Below are positions 10,728 through 21,400 of a stretch of DNA of 64,000 bases, piece after piece (within the stretch, counting starts at the first letter, position 1; the number at the start of each line of letters is the position of its first letter). The notes beneath the pieces are model-generated. The model was not told the DNA's origin, made no database searches, and worked only from the letters and a program-made list of their open reading frames with translations. Origin of the DNA: a plasmid. The stretch lies in the sequence record NZ_CP097382.1; one strand, given 5' to 3'. Both the position numbers and the translations under genes were made by a program.

Positions 10728-10913
10728 CCCTAAAATAAGACAGCTATAATTAGATTTTCTGCCCTAAAATTTGCAGAGGTCATGATGAAAAAAGCTCGTT
10801 TTACTGAAACTCAAATCGTTAATATTTTAAAACTCGCTGATTCTGGTATGAAAGTGGAAGATATTTGCCGCCAAAATGGGATCAGCAACGCCACTTATTA
10901 TATCTATGGACTA

Positions 10914-12204
10914 CCTCCGTTTTGCAAGTACTGAATCAGGTTTTAGGTTGTTGCTTACATCTATCCGGCATCAGAAATATCTGTGCCCAAATGGGTAATC
11001 CGCACACAATCGCCTCAACAACTGGACGGCCACGAAGGCCAATATAATAATCAGGTTCCGATCGTGCAGGTTTAACCTGTGACCATTTTTCAATACTTTG
11101 CAACTTTTAAAGGTATGCTATTACACTGCCAGTCTGTACTCGGTTTCATTGTGAAGAATTGACCAAATAATTCTGGCATTTTTATTGGCGACTGCAACGG
11201 TCGTTTTGTTAAATCCTCGTCGCTCTTTTAGCTGATTAACCCATTGATTTAAATAACCCTCATTATTATTTGCAGCCACTCTAACGACTGCCCTGGCTCC
11301 ATGAATAAATAAGGTTCGCAAATGCTTGTCGCCTTTTTTCGTCATATTCATCAGTACCTGCCTGTCACCACTCGAGTGCTGTCGTGGAACCAGACCAAGC
11401 CATGCGGCAAAGTGACGACCATTTTTAAATTCAGTTCCTTTGCCTATCGCGGCAACAACAGCTGTTGCTGTTTTAGGGCCAATGCCTTTAACTTTGGCAA
11501 TGCGCTGGCAGGCTTCTGATTGCCTGAACACAGCATCAATTTCTTTATCAAAAAAGCCTATGCGACGACCAAGATCGTTAAAGAGATCATAAAGTTCTGC
11601 AATCGTCCTGCGCATTCTAACGCTAAGACCATTTTCAGCATCTTCAAGAATAAGCGGAACAGCACGACGAACTCTTGAGACTGCCGAGCCGATTGTTATT
11701 CCCCGATCAAGCAGCAGTCCCCGGATTTGACAAACTGTCGCAGTGCGGTGATTAACAATACGCTGTCTTGCACGGTGCAGAGCCTGAATATCCTGCTGTT
11801 CAGGGCTTTTGGGTGGTACGAACTGCATTGTTGGCTGCATCAGAGCAATTGCGATAGCCTGTGCATCATTACCGTCATTTTTTTGCCCGCGGACAAAGGG
11901 TTTTACATACTGGGGACTGATCACTTTTACCTTATGTCCCAGTTTTTCGAACTCACGCTGCCAGTAAAATGCTCCCGTGGAGGCTTCCACACCAATCAGG
12001 CAGGCCGGAATATTCGCGATAGTCTGTAGTAACGTTTTACGATCAGTGCGTTTTTTATAAACCGGTTTACCCGCCTGATTTAATCCACAAAGCTGAAAAA
12101 CATTTTTAGCCAGATCAATACCGAGATAGATAACATTCATGATAATGCTCCTGCTGAGTATATTTTATTCAGTTAACCTCAGAGGGAGGAGGTAGTCCAT
12201 CCCA
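10914..12204 (-). mobile_element. IS110-family insertion sequence inserted inside the IS3-family orfA
   Basis: A 339-aa IS110-family transposase (11121-12140, MNVIYLGIDLAKNVFQ...). The element interrupts the IS3 orfA between codons ...ATYY and NWKSKYGG. Confidence 0.8.
11121..12140 (-). CDS. IS110-family transposase
   Basis: 339 aa with a DEDD-type N-terminus (GIDLAK) and an HhH C-terminal domain. Confidence 0.85.
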   Translation of the reverse strand: MNVIYLGIDLAKNVFQLCGLNQAGKPVYKKRTDRKTLLQTIANIPACLIGVEASTGAFYWQREFEKLGHKVKVISPQYVKPFVRGQKNDGNDAQAIAIALMQPTMQFVPPKSPEQQDIQALHRARQRIVNHRTATVCQIRGLLLDRGITIGSAVSRVRRAVPLILEDAENGLSVRMRRTIAELYDLFNDLGRRIGFFDKEIDAVFRQSEACQRIAKVKGIGPKTATAVVAAIGKGTEFKNGRHFAAWLGLVPRQHSSGDRQVLMNMTKKGDKHLRTLFIHGARAVVRVAANNNEGYLNQWVNQLKERRGFNKTTVAVANKNARIIWSILHNETEYRLAV

Positions 12205-12352
12205 TTAATTGGAAATCAAAGTATGGTGGCATGGAAGCGAATGATGTTAAACGATTAAAAGAGCTTGAAGATGAAAATGCGAAACTGAAAAAGCTCTTTG
12301 CGGAAGTTAGCCTTGAAAACCACGCGATGAAGGAGCTTTTCGCAAAAAAGGG

Positions 12353-13198
12353 TTGGTAGTGGCTGAAAAGAGATCCTGTGCTCAATCATTAAAAGAGGCA
12401 GGCTTATCAGTCATTAAGGCTTGTAAGCTAACGTCGTTGTCACGAGCCACGTTTTACCATCAGCAAATAGATTGGCGTAAAAAAGACCAAGTAGTGATCG
12501 ATGCCATACAATCTGTGTTAGCGAAATCACCACAATCGGGATTCTGGAAATGCTATTTCCGACTGAGATTTCAAGGCTATCCTTTTAATCATAAACGAGT
12601 TTATCGCGTTTATTGTCGATTAGGATTGAACCTGAAACGGCGGGTTAAAAAAGTGCTTCCGAAGCGTGAAAAAAGACCATTAGTGATAGAAAAAGTCCCG
12701 AATATTCAATGGGCATTGGATTTTATGCACGACAGTTTATATTGCGGTAATCGCTTCAGAACTCTCAACATTATTGATGAAGGAACGCGTGAATGCTTGG
12801 CGATTGAGGTTGATACGTCATTACCGGCTGAACGCGTCATCAGGGTGCTTGAACGTTTAAAAGCCGAAAGAGGGTTACCGAAACAGATCCGAGTCGATAA
12901 TGGCCCTGAACTCATTTCAGTTAACTTATTGAATTATTGTGAAGATAACCAAATTTTACTGTGCCATATTCAACCGGGAAAACCGCAGCAAAATGGGTTT
13001 ATCGAACGTTTTAATGGTTCGTTCCGTCGAGAGTTTTTAAATGCGTATTTATTTGAATCATTAAGCCAAGTGCGAGAATTAGCGTGGTTTTGGCTGCAAG
13101 ATTATAACCAAAATCGAACCCATGAAAGTTTAAATCACCTCCCACCGGAGGCCTATCGTCAACAGTTAGAAAACTCTAATTTAACGTGTCTCAATTAA
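12353..13198 (+). CDS. IS3-family transposase orfB (integrase core, expressed by -1 frameshift)
   Basis: DDE integrase core (…IDEGTRECLAIEVD…HSDNGPE-like NGPELISV…). Confidence 0.8.
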   Translation: MVVAEKRSCAQSLKEAGLSVIKACKLTSLSRATFYHQQIDWRKKDQVVIDAIQSVLAKSPQSGFWKCYFRLRFQGYPFNHKRVYRVYCRLGLNLKRRVKKVLPKREKRPLVIEKVPNIQWALDFMHDSLYCGNRFRTLNIIDEGTRECLAIEVDTSLPAERVIRVLERLKAERGLPKQIRVDNGPELISVNLLNYCEDNQILLCHIQPGKPQQNGFIERFNGSFRREFLNAYLFESLSQVRELAWFWLQDYNQNRTHESLNHLPPEAYRQQLENSNLTCLN

Positions 13199-13211
13199 AG
13201 GGGAGTGGACA

Positions 13212-13700
13212 CAGGCTAAGTTGTTCTGCGGTGATCAATTTTGCTGGGCGTTTAAGCCAAGAATAGTAGGCAGAACGACTTATTTTCATTAACTTGCAGA
13301 GCTTCAGCACGGGAAACTGTGAAGATAATTGCTTAATCGTTTTAAACGCTACTTGGTTTCCTTTAGCAGGAGGGCGCTGGCTTTTTTTAGGATCTCTTTC
13401 TCCATCCTAAGTTCTTTATTTTCTTTTCGAAGCCTTAATAGCTCAGCTCTCTCATCGGCATTCAAGCGGCTACCGGATTGTTCAGCGTCGAATTTTGCTT
13501 TCCAGTTATAAAGTAATTTATCGGTGATCCCTAATGAAGCTGCCGCTTTTGGGACGCTATAACCTTGTTCGGTGACTAATGCGACCGCTTCTTGCTTAAA
13601 CTCAGTAGTATAAAACTTGTTTGTTCGTTTTTTCATTTAACACCTCAATAATTGGATTATATTCCATTATTAAAGTGTCCTGTTTGATTAAAGCAGATCA
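13212..13700 (-). mobile_element. truncated second IS3-family element (orfA intact at 13349-13636, orfB cut off by the element at 13211)
   Basis: orfA carries an HTH and a leucine zipper (MKKRTNKFYTTEFKQEAV...LRKENKELRMEKEILKKA) typical of the IS3/IS150 group. Confidence 0.7.
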
Positions 13701-14100
13701 TTGCGCATAGCGATCTCCTCAGGATACATATCAGTATGGATGAAGATCTCTGAAAGTGAATGGGACTTTTTTCCGGGATACTTACAATTTAAGCTATCAA
13801 CATGAATTTTATTTGATTTTAGTAAAATAAAATCAAATATATCATTTATTTTTGACATCTTTTTTTAAAATTAAACTATATGTGATTAATTAATGTCGAT
13901 ATTTGACTATCTATATTTGACTTTAATTATAATTTATCTTTGACATTTTGATTTTTTGATTTAATTTATGATAATGTATTTCATAAATTTATTTTTAATA
14001 ATTCTATTTCATTTTTTTAAATGCTAAATATCTATAAATATGTAAATATCCATAAATATGATTGTCTTTTTTATAAATTTAATCATTATAGGAGTATTTC

Positions 14101-15546
14101 ATGGAATACAAGCTTAATAAGAATATCCCTATAGGAACTAATGCTACTGGACTACGAGAAGAATTCGATAGTATGGGAAAAGTAAATGTTCCCGCAGATC
14201 GCTATTGGGGTGCCCAAACACAACGCTCATTACAACATTTTAATATCGGTAATGACCTCATGCCAAAAGAGGTTTACCACGCCTACGGCTATGTAAAGAA
14301 AGCTTGTGCGTTAGTTAACTTTGCTGCTGGCAGATTACCCGATTGGAAAAAAGATGCCATTGTTATGGCTGCTGATGAGACTATCAGTGGTCAGCTTGAT
14401 GACCATTATCCTCTCTATGTATGGCAAACAGGCTCTGGTACGCAATCAAATATGAATGTCAATGAGGTACTTTCTAATCGAGCAATCCAATTATTAGGCG
14501 GTACATTAGGAACTCAATCACCTATAGGTCCTAATGATGATGTGAATATGGGGCAATCGTCAAATGACTCATTCCCAACTGCAATGCATATCGCTGCAAT
14601 TTTTGCGATTGATGAACAGTTAATTCCAAGCATTGAAAGTTTAATTCAAGTTATTGAAAAAAAAGCTGACTCATGGATGGCCGTGGTTAAAATTGGTCGC
14701 ACACACTTAGAAGATGCAGTTCCCCTCACCGTTGGCCAAGAGTGGCATGGATGGGCAGGTCAGCTCAAAGACGCGTTGGAAGACATTAAACGCAGTAAAT
14801 TAGACCTGTATAAACTTGCGATAGGTGGTACCGCGGTAGGTACGGGTTTAAACGCACCAAAAGGCTTTTCAAAAGATGTTGCTGAAAAAATTGCAGAATT
14901 AACACAAAAACCATTTGTTACAGCACCAAATAAATTTACTGCTCAAGGCTCTTTAGATGCATTAGTACGTGCTCATGCGGCTATTCGAGGACTTGCGGTT
15001 GCATTGATTAAAATAGCCAATGACATGCGTTGGCTAGCCTCCGGTCCTCGTTGTGGCTTAAGCGAATTGATTTTACCGGCAAATGAACCAGGTTCTTCAA
15101 TCATGCCAGGTAAGGTGAATCCAACACAGTGTGAAGCGATTGTCATGATTGGTATTCAAGTGATGGGAAATGACTCTGCAATATCTATTTCTGGTAGCCA
15201 AGGTAATTTTGAATTAAATGCAATGCGCCCTGTAATTATTAATAATTTATTACACTCGATTCGCATCATCTCTGATGGCTGCCATAAATTCAGAGAGTAT
15301 TCTGTTGAAGGCACTGAATTAAATAACACCAAAATTACTGAGTACGTCAATAATAGCGTGATGCTAGTCACTGCTCTCTCTCCAATTATCGGATATCAAA
15401 ATGCAGCTCATATCGCAGAAAATGCGATTGCAAAAAACATCACATTAAAAGAATCAGCTATTTCTTCAGGAAAAATAAGCGAAGAGGACTTTAACAAATA
15501 CGTCAATCCTATTGATATGACAGGTAATGGTTTATCTGGTGCTTAA
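14101..15546 (+). CDS. fumC: class II fumarate hydratase-like lyase (FumC/aspartase family)
   Basis: VNVPADRYWGAQTQRSLQHF and WQTGSGTQSNMNVNEVLSNRA closely match FumC. A GSSIMPGKVNPTQCEA fumarate-lyase signature is present. Confidence 0.8.
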   Translation: MEYKLNKNIPIGTNATGLREEFDSMGKVNVPADRYWGAQTQRSLQHFNIGNDLMPKEVYHAYGYVKKACALVNFAAGRLPDWKKDAIVMAADETISGQLDDHYPLYVWQTGSGTQSNMNVNEVLSNRAIQLLGGTLGTQSPIGPNDDVNMGQSSNDSFPTAMHIAAIFAIDEQLIPSIESLIQVIEKKADSWMAVVKIGRTHLEDAVPLTVGQEWHGWAGQLKDALEDIKRSKLDLYKLAIGGTAVGTGLNAPKGFSKDVAEKIAELTQKPFVTAPNKFTAQGSLDALVRAHAAIRGLAVALIKIANDMRWLASGPRCGLSELILPANEPGSSIMPGKVNPTQCEAIVMIGIQVMGNDSAISISGSQGNFELNAMRPVIINNLLHSIRIISDGCHKFREYSVEGTELNNTKITEYVNNSVMLVTALSPIIGYQNAAHIAENAIAKNITLKESAISSGKISEEDFNKYVNPIDMTGNGLSGA

Positions 15547-15581
15547 TTTATTTTTAAATAATCCAATTATGAGGTTTTTAT

Positions 15582-17375
15582 ATGTATAACCGCCAAGCTG
15601 AAATCGTTGTTGAGAATAACATTCGAAAAATAAAAACTACAGCAAGAGGATATCAAGTATTACGAGATCCATCCTTAAATAAAGGAACCGCGTTTACTGA
15701 AGAAGAAAGAAAAGCACTGGACTTAAACGGTATTCTTCCTCCTGTTATTACAGAAGATATGGAAGTGCAATTAGACCGCTCTTATCGCGCTTATCGCGAA
15801 TGTCGTACAGACCTCGATAAACACATCTATATGTGGCGACTTCACGACAATAATGTCACATTATTCTACGCTTTATTACAGCGCCATATGTTAGAAATGT
15901 TACCTGTCGTATATGACCCTGTTGTTGGTGAAGCCATTGAAAAATATAGCGAAGTGATAACACGTCCAAGAGGTTTATTCTTAAGCATCAATGAGCCCGA
16001 ATTAATTGAAGAGAAATTACGTGCATTTGGTGCAGAAGGCAATGACATCCGACTGATTGTAACAACCGATGCAGAAGAAATTTTAGGTATTGGTGACTGG
16101 GGATCAAACGGTATCGATATTTCTGTTGGTAAATTAGCGGTATACACCGTTGCTGCCGGTGTTGATCCACACAGCGTCATTCCTGTTGTTCTGGATGTTG
16201 GTACAAACAATGAAAAACTATTAAACGACCCTTCATACGTTGGTAATAGACATGAACGTATTCAAGGCAAAGTATATGACGATTTTGTTGATGCCTACGT
16301 TAAAGCCGCAAGAAAACTTTTCCCAAATGCCGTCTTACACTGGGAAGATTTCGGTTCAACCAATGCACGCCGCATACTCGATAAATACCGTGCACAATTT
16401 GCCACTTTCAACGATGATGTACAAGGTACAGGAGCGATCGTACTTGCAGGTCTATTAAACGCCGTTAAATTGAGCAAAACATCGTGGACTGAGCAACGTG
16501 TTGTTGTATTTGGTGCAGGAACAGCAGGTTGTGGGATCGCTGACCAGATCCGTGACCAAATGATCCGCAGCGGACTTACGCGTGAAGAAGCAATTTCACG
16601 TATTTGGCTCGTTGATCTGCCAGGTCTGCTAACATCAGACATGACAGATGACTTACTGTACTTCCAAAAAGACTACGTTAAAGATATCCAAAGCGTAAGC
16701 AACTATCAAAGAAAAGTTGTTGATGTTTCTGTGGAAGCACAAACACGCTGGCCTGCAATGGCGAACATTCTGGCCAAAAACAATAAATCTAAAGGGATCA
16801 TTGACCTTGCCTCTGTCATTGAGCAAGTAAAACCCACCATCTTAATTGGTACATCTACCCAACCAGGCGCATTTACCGAAAGCATCGTGCGTAACATGGC
16901 AAGTAATGTTGAACATCCAATTATTTTCCCTTTATCGAATCCGACATTATTACACGAAGCAACACCACAACATTTAATCGAATGGACTGATGGTCGCGTA
17001 TTTGTTGCAACAGGCGCCCCTTTTGATGATGTCATTTATAAAGATGTTTGCTATAAGATTGGTCAAGCAAACAACGCAGCATTATATCCAGGGCTAGGCT
17101 TTGGGGCTATTGTATCGCAAGCTGAAAAAATTACTGACGAAATGATTTTCTCTGCGGTACAAGCGGTCGCAAGTCAAGCAACTCTAGGAGCGCAAGGCGC
17201 ATCATTATTGCCATCTAACGAAGATTTGCGTATTACATCCAGTATCGTGGCATTAGAAGTGATGAGAATGGCAAAATCTCAAGGCGTGGCAAAAGTGGAG
17301 CCAACGCTTTCAGAAGTGGAAGTTGTTAGAACTGCAGCATGGTGGCCAGTATACTTACCGGTAGAAGCTATTTAA
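15582..17375 (+). CDS. maeA: NAD-dependent malic enzyme (SfcA/MaeA family)
   Basis: 597 aa matching malic-enzyme N-terminal and NAD-binding blocks (VVFGAGTAGCGIAD). Confidence 0.85.
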   Translation: MYNRQAEIVVENNIRKIKTTARGYQVLRDPSLNKGTAFTEEERKALDLNGILPPVITEDMEVQLDRSYRAYRECRTDLDKHIYMWRLHDNNVTLFYALLQRHMLEMLPVVYDPVVGEAIEKYSEVITRPRGLFLSINEPELIEEKLRAFGAEGNDIRLIVTTDAEEILGIGDWGSNGIDISVGKLAVYTVAAGVDPHSVIPVVLDVGTNNEKLLNDPSYVGNRHERIQGKVYDDFVDAYVKAARKLFPNAVLHWEDFGSTNARRILDKYRAQFATFNDDVQGTGAIVLAGLLNAVKLSKTSWTEQRVVVFGAGTAGCGIADQIRDQMIRSGLTREEAISRIWLVDLPGLLTSDMTDDLLYFQKDYVKDIQSVSNYQRKVVDVSVEAQTRWPAMANILAKNNKSKGIIDLASVIEQVKPTILIGTSTQPGAFTESIVRNMASNVEHPIIFPLSNPTLLHEATPQHLIEWTDGRVFVATGAPFDDVIYKDVCYKIGQANNAALYPGLGFGAIVSQAEKITDEMIFSAVQAVASQATLGAQGASLLPSNEDLRITSSIVALEVMRMAKSQGVAKVEPTLSEVEVVRTAAWWPVYLPVEAI

Positions 17376-17451
17376 TTATTTAAATAATCATATTGATACT
17401 CTAAGGTTTCCTCAATGTTACTTAAAAAAGACTAAGTAGCATTAATAAAAT

Positions 17452-17490
17452 AAAACCTGACATCTTTAAATTAGATGTCGGGTTTTATTT
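17452..17490 (+). terminator. rho-independent terminator after the malic enzyme gene
   Basis: A 14-bp stem (aaaacctgacatct / agatgtcgggtttt) followed by a T-run. Confidence 0.7.
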
Positions 17491-17532
17491 TACTAAGGTT
17501 ATTGATAATGAAATTATTTTCACACCTTGAGG

Positions 17533-17848
17533 ACCAAAATGGCAAGTCGTACGCAGATAAATAACCGGCTCTTCGATGTATTTTGCAACTCTTTTGGTTG
17601 GATTTTCAGGGCAGGGTTTATTGTTGATTAATCCTTTCTCGCCATCTCGTTCATAAGCTCTTTTCCAAGTATAAAAAGTTTCTCTACTGCTCCCAAAATG
17701 ACGACAAGTTTTAGCAATATTTTTGCTCTCACGGGCATGATTTAAGATTTTTGTTTTATGTGCAATATCTCGTTTAGCTTTAATGTTCATTATATCTGAC
17801 CTCCGGCGACAATTAGGAAAAACTAATTGTCAACCGAAGTCCAGACTT
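17533..17848 (-). mobile_element. IS481-family fragment (5' third of the element present in full at 57047-58048)
   Basis: The transposase N-terminal ~80 aa (ORF 17485-17790) is near-identical to the 57090-57998 protein and then diverges. The fragment shares the terminal ...tgtcaaccgaagtccagactttcatag sequence. Confidence 0.8.
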
Positions 17849-17859
17849 TCATAGTGTCT

Positions 17860-19023
17860 TTATAAATAACATAATTCAATGATAGAGCGTCCCTTGAATT
17901 TAATTCCTTTATTAACATTGAGCAAATAGGCTTTATTAATAAAGGCTTGGACTTTTATTATACCTTTTATATTGGAAAAAAGAACAGGTTGTAAGCTCCC
18001 TAATTTAGCCCAAGATGTAATTTTATTGGAGGAATTATTTGGTAATAGATCCCCATTTGTATGTTGCCAAACTACATAAGGATCTCCACAAGAAGAATTA
18101 CCTGAGATTGGCTGTACTTTTTCAGCCTTATTATTATCGATATATAAAGAATTTAAGTCTAACGCTACGGCATAACCACCAATAGGAATACCTTCTTGAG
18201 TATTACCTAGCCCCCCGGCCATCATAGAGTGGCTCAATAACTGAACAGGAGGGAGGCCATAACCGTTAATGCCTTCTTGTTTATTTGGAGCTAGTGACGG
18301 TTTCATTTGATTAGAAACTTGGATAGCTATGGCCGTTTTTCCTGAATCACATTGTACAGTAAAGTTAATGTTTTTTTCAGGTAATATTGTATAAGAATAG
18401 TCATTTAGCTCATATCTATTTATAACACCATAATCAATGGAGGTCGAATCAACAATAAGATTACATGCGGTGGTCATTTCTGAATAGCTAATAGCTAAAC
18501 TTGTAGTTCCACCTAGCGTTTGTAAAGGTATTTGGCTTCTAACAATAACACCTTTTTTACTCAATGAATTAATTTTTAAATCAACAACTAAATTGAAGGA
18601 AAATACTTTTCCTTTTTTATCCTGAGCGGGTTGAATACGTATGTTGGGGTGAACTTTAATATCACTTTGTGATGAGTTGATTCTATTTGAACTATTTAAT
18701 TCAATAGCATCTAATAAAATAGGTTTCCCATCGAGCATTGCATTATTTATATTTAAAATAGCTTCAGATGTATTATTTGAAAATGTATTACTACTTTTAG
18801 AAAACTCAAGGTATGGAGTAATTTCTTCACTACATTCTATTACTACTGGAACAATTCGGGTTCCTGCATATACTGCGCCATCTTGTTTTTTTGTATTAAA
18901 ATCAGCCAAGGTATCATAGTTAATCTCATTAGCTCCCAAGCGGATGTTACATGTTCCGTGGCTATCCGATGCGAATGCACTAAAAGATAGGAAAGTAAGT
19001 AGTCCTGCAATTAATTTTATCAT
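17860..19023 (-). CDS. putative fimbrial tip adhesin (two-domain), last gene of a four-gene chaperone-usher operon
   Basis: 387 aa with a signal peptide, placed downstream of the usher, with a C-terminal pilin-like region. Confidence 0.5.
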   Translation of the reverse strand: MIKLIAGLLTFLSFSAFASDSHGTCNIRLGANEINYDTLADFNTKKQDGAVYAGTRIVPVVIECSEEITPYLEFSKSSNTFSNNTSEAILNINNAMLDGKPILLDAIELNSSNRINSSQSDIKVHPNIRIQPAQDKKGKVFSFNLVVDLKINSLSKKGVIVRSQIPLQTLGGTTSLAISYSEMTTACNLIVDSTSIDYGVINRYELNDYSYTILPEKNINFTVQCDSGKTAIAIQVSNQMKPSLAPNKQEGINGYGLPPVQLLSHSMMAGGLGNTQEGIPIGGYAVALDLNSLYIDNNKAEKVQPISGNSSCGDPYVVWQHTNGDLLPNNSSNKITSWAKLGSLQPVLFSNIKGIIKVQAFINKAYLLNVNKGIKFKGRSIIELCYL

Positions 19024-19024
19024 T

Positions 19025-21400
19025 CTAAATCCTTTGGTCAGTCACAAAACAAATGGGATTTATTATTGTAAATAGCTCAGTTTTTGAAATGCTAATATCT
19101 TCGCTAAGATCAATAGTACATTTTTTATTATCATCTATTTCAACAAAGTAATTAGTCGGTAGGGATAAATTATCAATAATAATTCGTCCAGCATTGTCAG
19201 TTATTGTCAGTAAATTACCCATTTTATCATATACTCTTAAATTTTTTGAGAGTTTTTTCCCATTAAAAGATGGGATCAAAATAGCGCGGTTAACTTTATT
19301 AACGTAGAAATTAACTAAGGGAACACTTCCACTGGCAGGTTGAAATTCTATGATCCCATAAGGCGCATTCATATTTTTAGGTAATTTTTGATAGTCTATC
19401 TTGGCATAATTAGTTCTATAACTATCTATGCTAGGGATTACCGCGTAACCTTTACTATTCGTCATCACGGTTCCTGATGACGATTGTATTGGAATATTTT
19501 CCTGATTTTCCGTTTTTGCTATAGCAAACGTGTTCGATATTCGTTTTGATGAAAAAATGAGTTCATTGTCAAAATAAACCATCCCGCCTGATAGTGCCCC
19601 ATAGTAACTGTTGGTATTATTACCTTTACTAACATTGCCCGAAAGTAAAGTCACTGGGGTCGTATAATTAACATTTAATGAGGCGCTTTGATTGCTAGGA
19701 TAAGTATTTTTAATTGTACTAACAGAATAACTTAAGTAATCATTATTATGATTACTATATCTTGTTCCGTAACTTTTATTATCGCCGTAATGATTCATCC
19801 AACTTGATACGTTTTGCCTATTTCCTAACGAAATATCTACATTCAAATAAATAGTATTATCATTTGTGTTGTTATATAACCTTCGCTCATAGCCTAAATA
19901 AACGTTGTATTTATCTGAAAATAAATTATTCCAAGTTGCACTATAATAATTTATTGTTCTATCACCAATAGAACGGTTCCAATTTAACGAAAACGACCCT
20001 AGATTATTGACGTGTGAGTTTGCACCAATACCATATTGAGTTTCACTACTTTTTACATTATTTGAATAAATATTTGTATCATAATTATTTAATGTTTCAT
20101 TAAAGTCTTTATATTCTTTGCTCCGATATAACGAATTCGCCACTAAATTAGCGTTAGCAGCGATAGGGTAATTATAGCTTAATGTATAATATTCACCATA
20201 TTTTTTATCTCTATCTTTAGATATGTTAGTTGTTATCGTCGCTAAGGATAAATTCGGAAACGAATAAGTATTACTTAACCCTAGTCCTTGATAATCTTTT
20301 GATGCAAGTCCTCCGACAAAAATCAGCATATCAGGACGTAAATTAAATCCTTTGCTTATATTCATAACATAGGGTTTTTTATCTACATTATTTTGATTAA
20401 CCTTACCAAAACCAAAATTTATATCTTTATTCATATTATTTGTGGCTAATATAAATGAGCTGACAGGGACAATAAATGTATTTTTTTTATTACTTTGATT
20501 TATTACTGTTACAGATAAATCTAATCTATTATTTAATAGCGGTAGGTTTTCCAATGTATAAGGTCCTTCCGGTACCGTTGTTGTATATATTAAAATCCCC
20601 GCCTGCCTGACTTCAATAATAGAGCGTTCATATGCGATGCCACTGACAATTCCACCGTCTTGAGATGAGTTATCTAATGCCAATTCAGGAGATAACTGAA
20701 AACCAATAACTTGCCCAGAGCTAAAAAATGAATTAGGTAAACTAATCTGACCTATCTGCAAGTTTTTTTTCAAGGATTCTAGTGTTTTTTCTGCATATAA
20801 GGTTTGATGATCGAAACTTGTTTTACCATTAAAATGGGTATATGTTTGATCGCTTCGTACAATCCAATTATATATATTGAACCCTACTGTGAAATTTGAA
20901 TTCAAGAATGATTGAGAATGAAAATCACTTTTAGAAGAAAAATATTTTATATCATAATTGAGAACACCGGATTTTCCTGTATGGATCCAATTATCATTTT
21001 TTTTATTTCTTAACAGTGATGGTGATGCATATATATTGACCCGTAAATCACCCGGTATGAGTTCTATCTCTAAGTTATTGTACTCTTTTATTGTTGGACA
21101 CGTTGATTTACTTTTGGATAGAGCAATATCTGTAGTGTCAATAAACTGAGTATTAAGACAAAGCTCTCCTTTAACATTAAATAAAAAAGAGCTTTGACCA
21201 ATATAATTATCATTCAAGAAAACACTAACAATACTTTCACCTTGAGGAAAATGCGCCTTTTCACTGTACAACTTCGCAACATCAGTTGGTATACCTTTAT
21301 GTTTTAGAACATCTTGATCGAAAATGACTTCTTCTGCGTATGAATAAGTCGCTAGAAATAGTAAAATTGTAACAATTTTAAGCTTCTTTTTTCTAATCAT
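19025..21400 (-). CDS. fimbrial usher
   Basis: 791 aa in the PapC-like usher family, overlapping the chaperone stop. Confidence 0.85.
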   Translation of the reverse strand: MIRKKKLKIVTILLFLATYSYAEEVIFDQDVLKHKGIPTDVAKLYSEKAHFPQGESIVSVFLNDNYIGQSSFLFNVKGELCLNTQFIDTTDIALSKSKSTCPTIKEYNNLEIELIPGDLRVNIYASPSLLRNKKNDNWIHTGKSGVLNYDIKYFSSKSDFHSQSFLNSNFTVGFNIYNWIVRSDQTYTHFNGKTSFDHQTLYAEKTLESLKKNLQIGQISLPNSFFSSGQVIGFQLSPELALDNSSQDGGIVSGIAYERSIIEVRQAGILIYTTTVPEGPYTLENLPLLNNRLDLSVTVINQSNKKNTFIVPVSSFILATNNMNKDINFGFGKVNQNNVDKKPYVMNISKGFNLRPDMLIFVGGLASKDYQGLGLSNTYSFPNLSLATITTNISKDRDKKYGEYYTLSYNYPIAANANLVANSLYRSKEYKDFNETLNNYDTNIYSNNVKSSETQYGIGANSHVNNLGSFSLNWNRSIGDRTINYYSATWNNLFSDKYNVYLGYERRLYNNTNDNTIYLNVDISLGNRQNVSSWMNHYGDNKSYGTRYSNHNNDYLSYSVSTIKNTYPSNQSASLNVNYTTPVTLLSGNVSKGNNTNSYYGALSGGMVYFDNELIFSSKRISNTFAIAKTENQENIPIQSSSGTVMTNSKGYAVIPSIDSYRTNYAKIDYQKLPKNMNAPYGIIEFQPASGSVPLVNFYVNKVNRAILIPSFNGKKLSKNLRVYDKMGNLLTITDNAGRIIIDNLSLPTNYFVEIDDNKKCTIDLSEDISISKTELFTIINPICFVTDQRI

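Larger units (their letters stand above)
10728..13211 (+). mobile_element. IS3-family (IS407-group-like) element, itself split by an IS110-family insertion
   Basis: Terminal IRs TGTCCACTTCCCCT (10728) and AAGGGGAGTGGACA (13211). The orfA N-terminal piece (10782-10913, MMKKARFTETQIVNILK...) resumes at 12207 (NWKSKYGGMEANDVKRLKELE...). An A_AAA_AAG slippery site lies at the orfA/orfB junction, and orfB (12353-13198) is the integrase core. Confidence 0.8.

Noticed and set aside
14101-15546. Aspartate ammonia-lyase (AspA) as the identity of the lyase.
   Set aside because: The N-terminal and SS-loop region motifs (WGAQTQRSLQHF, WQTGSGTQSNMN) follow FumC rather than AspA (YGVHTLRAIENF, QGGAGTSVNMN).
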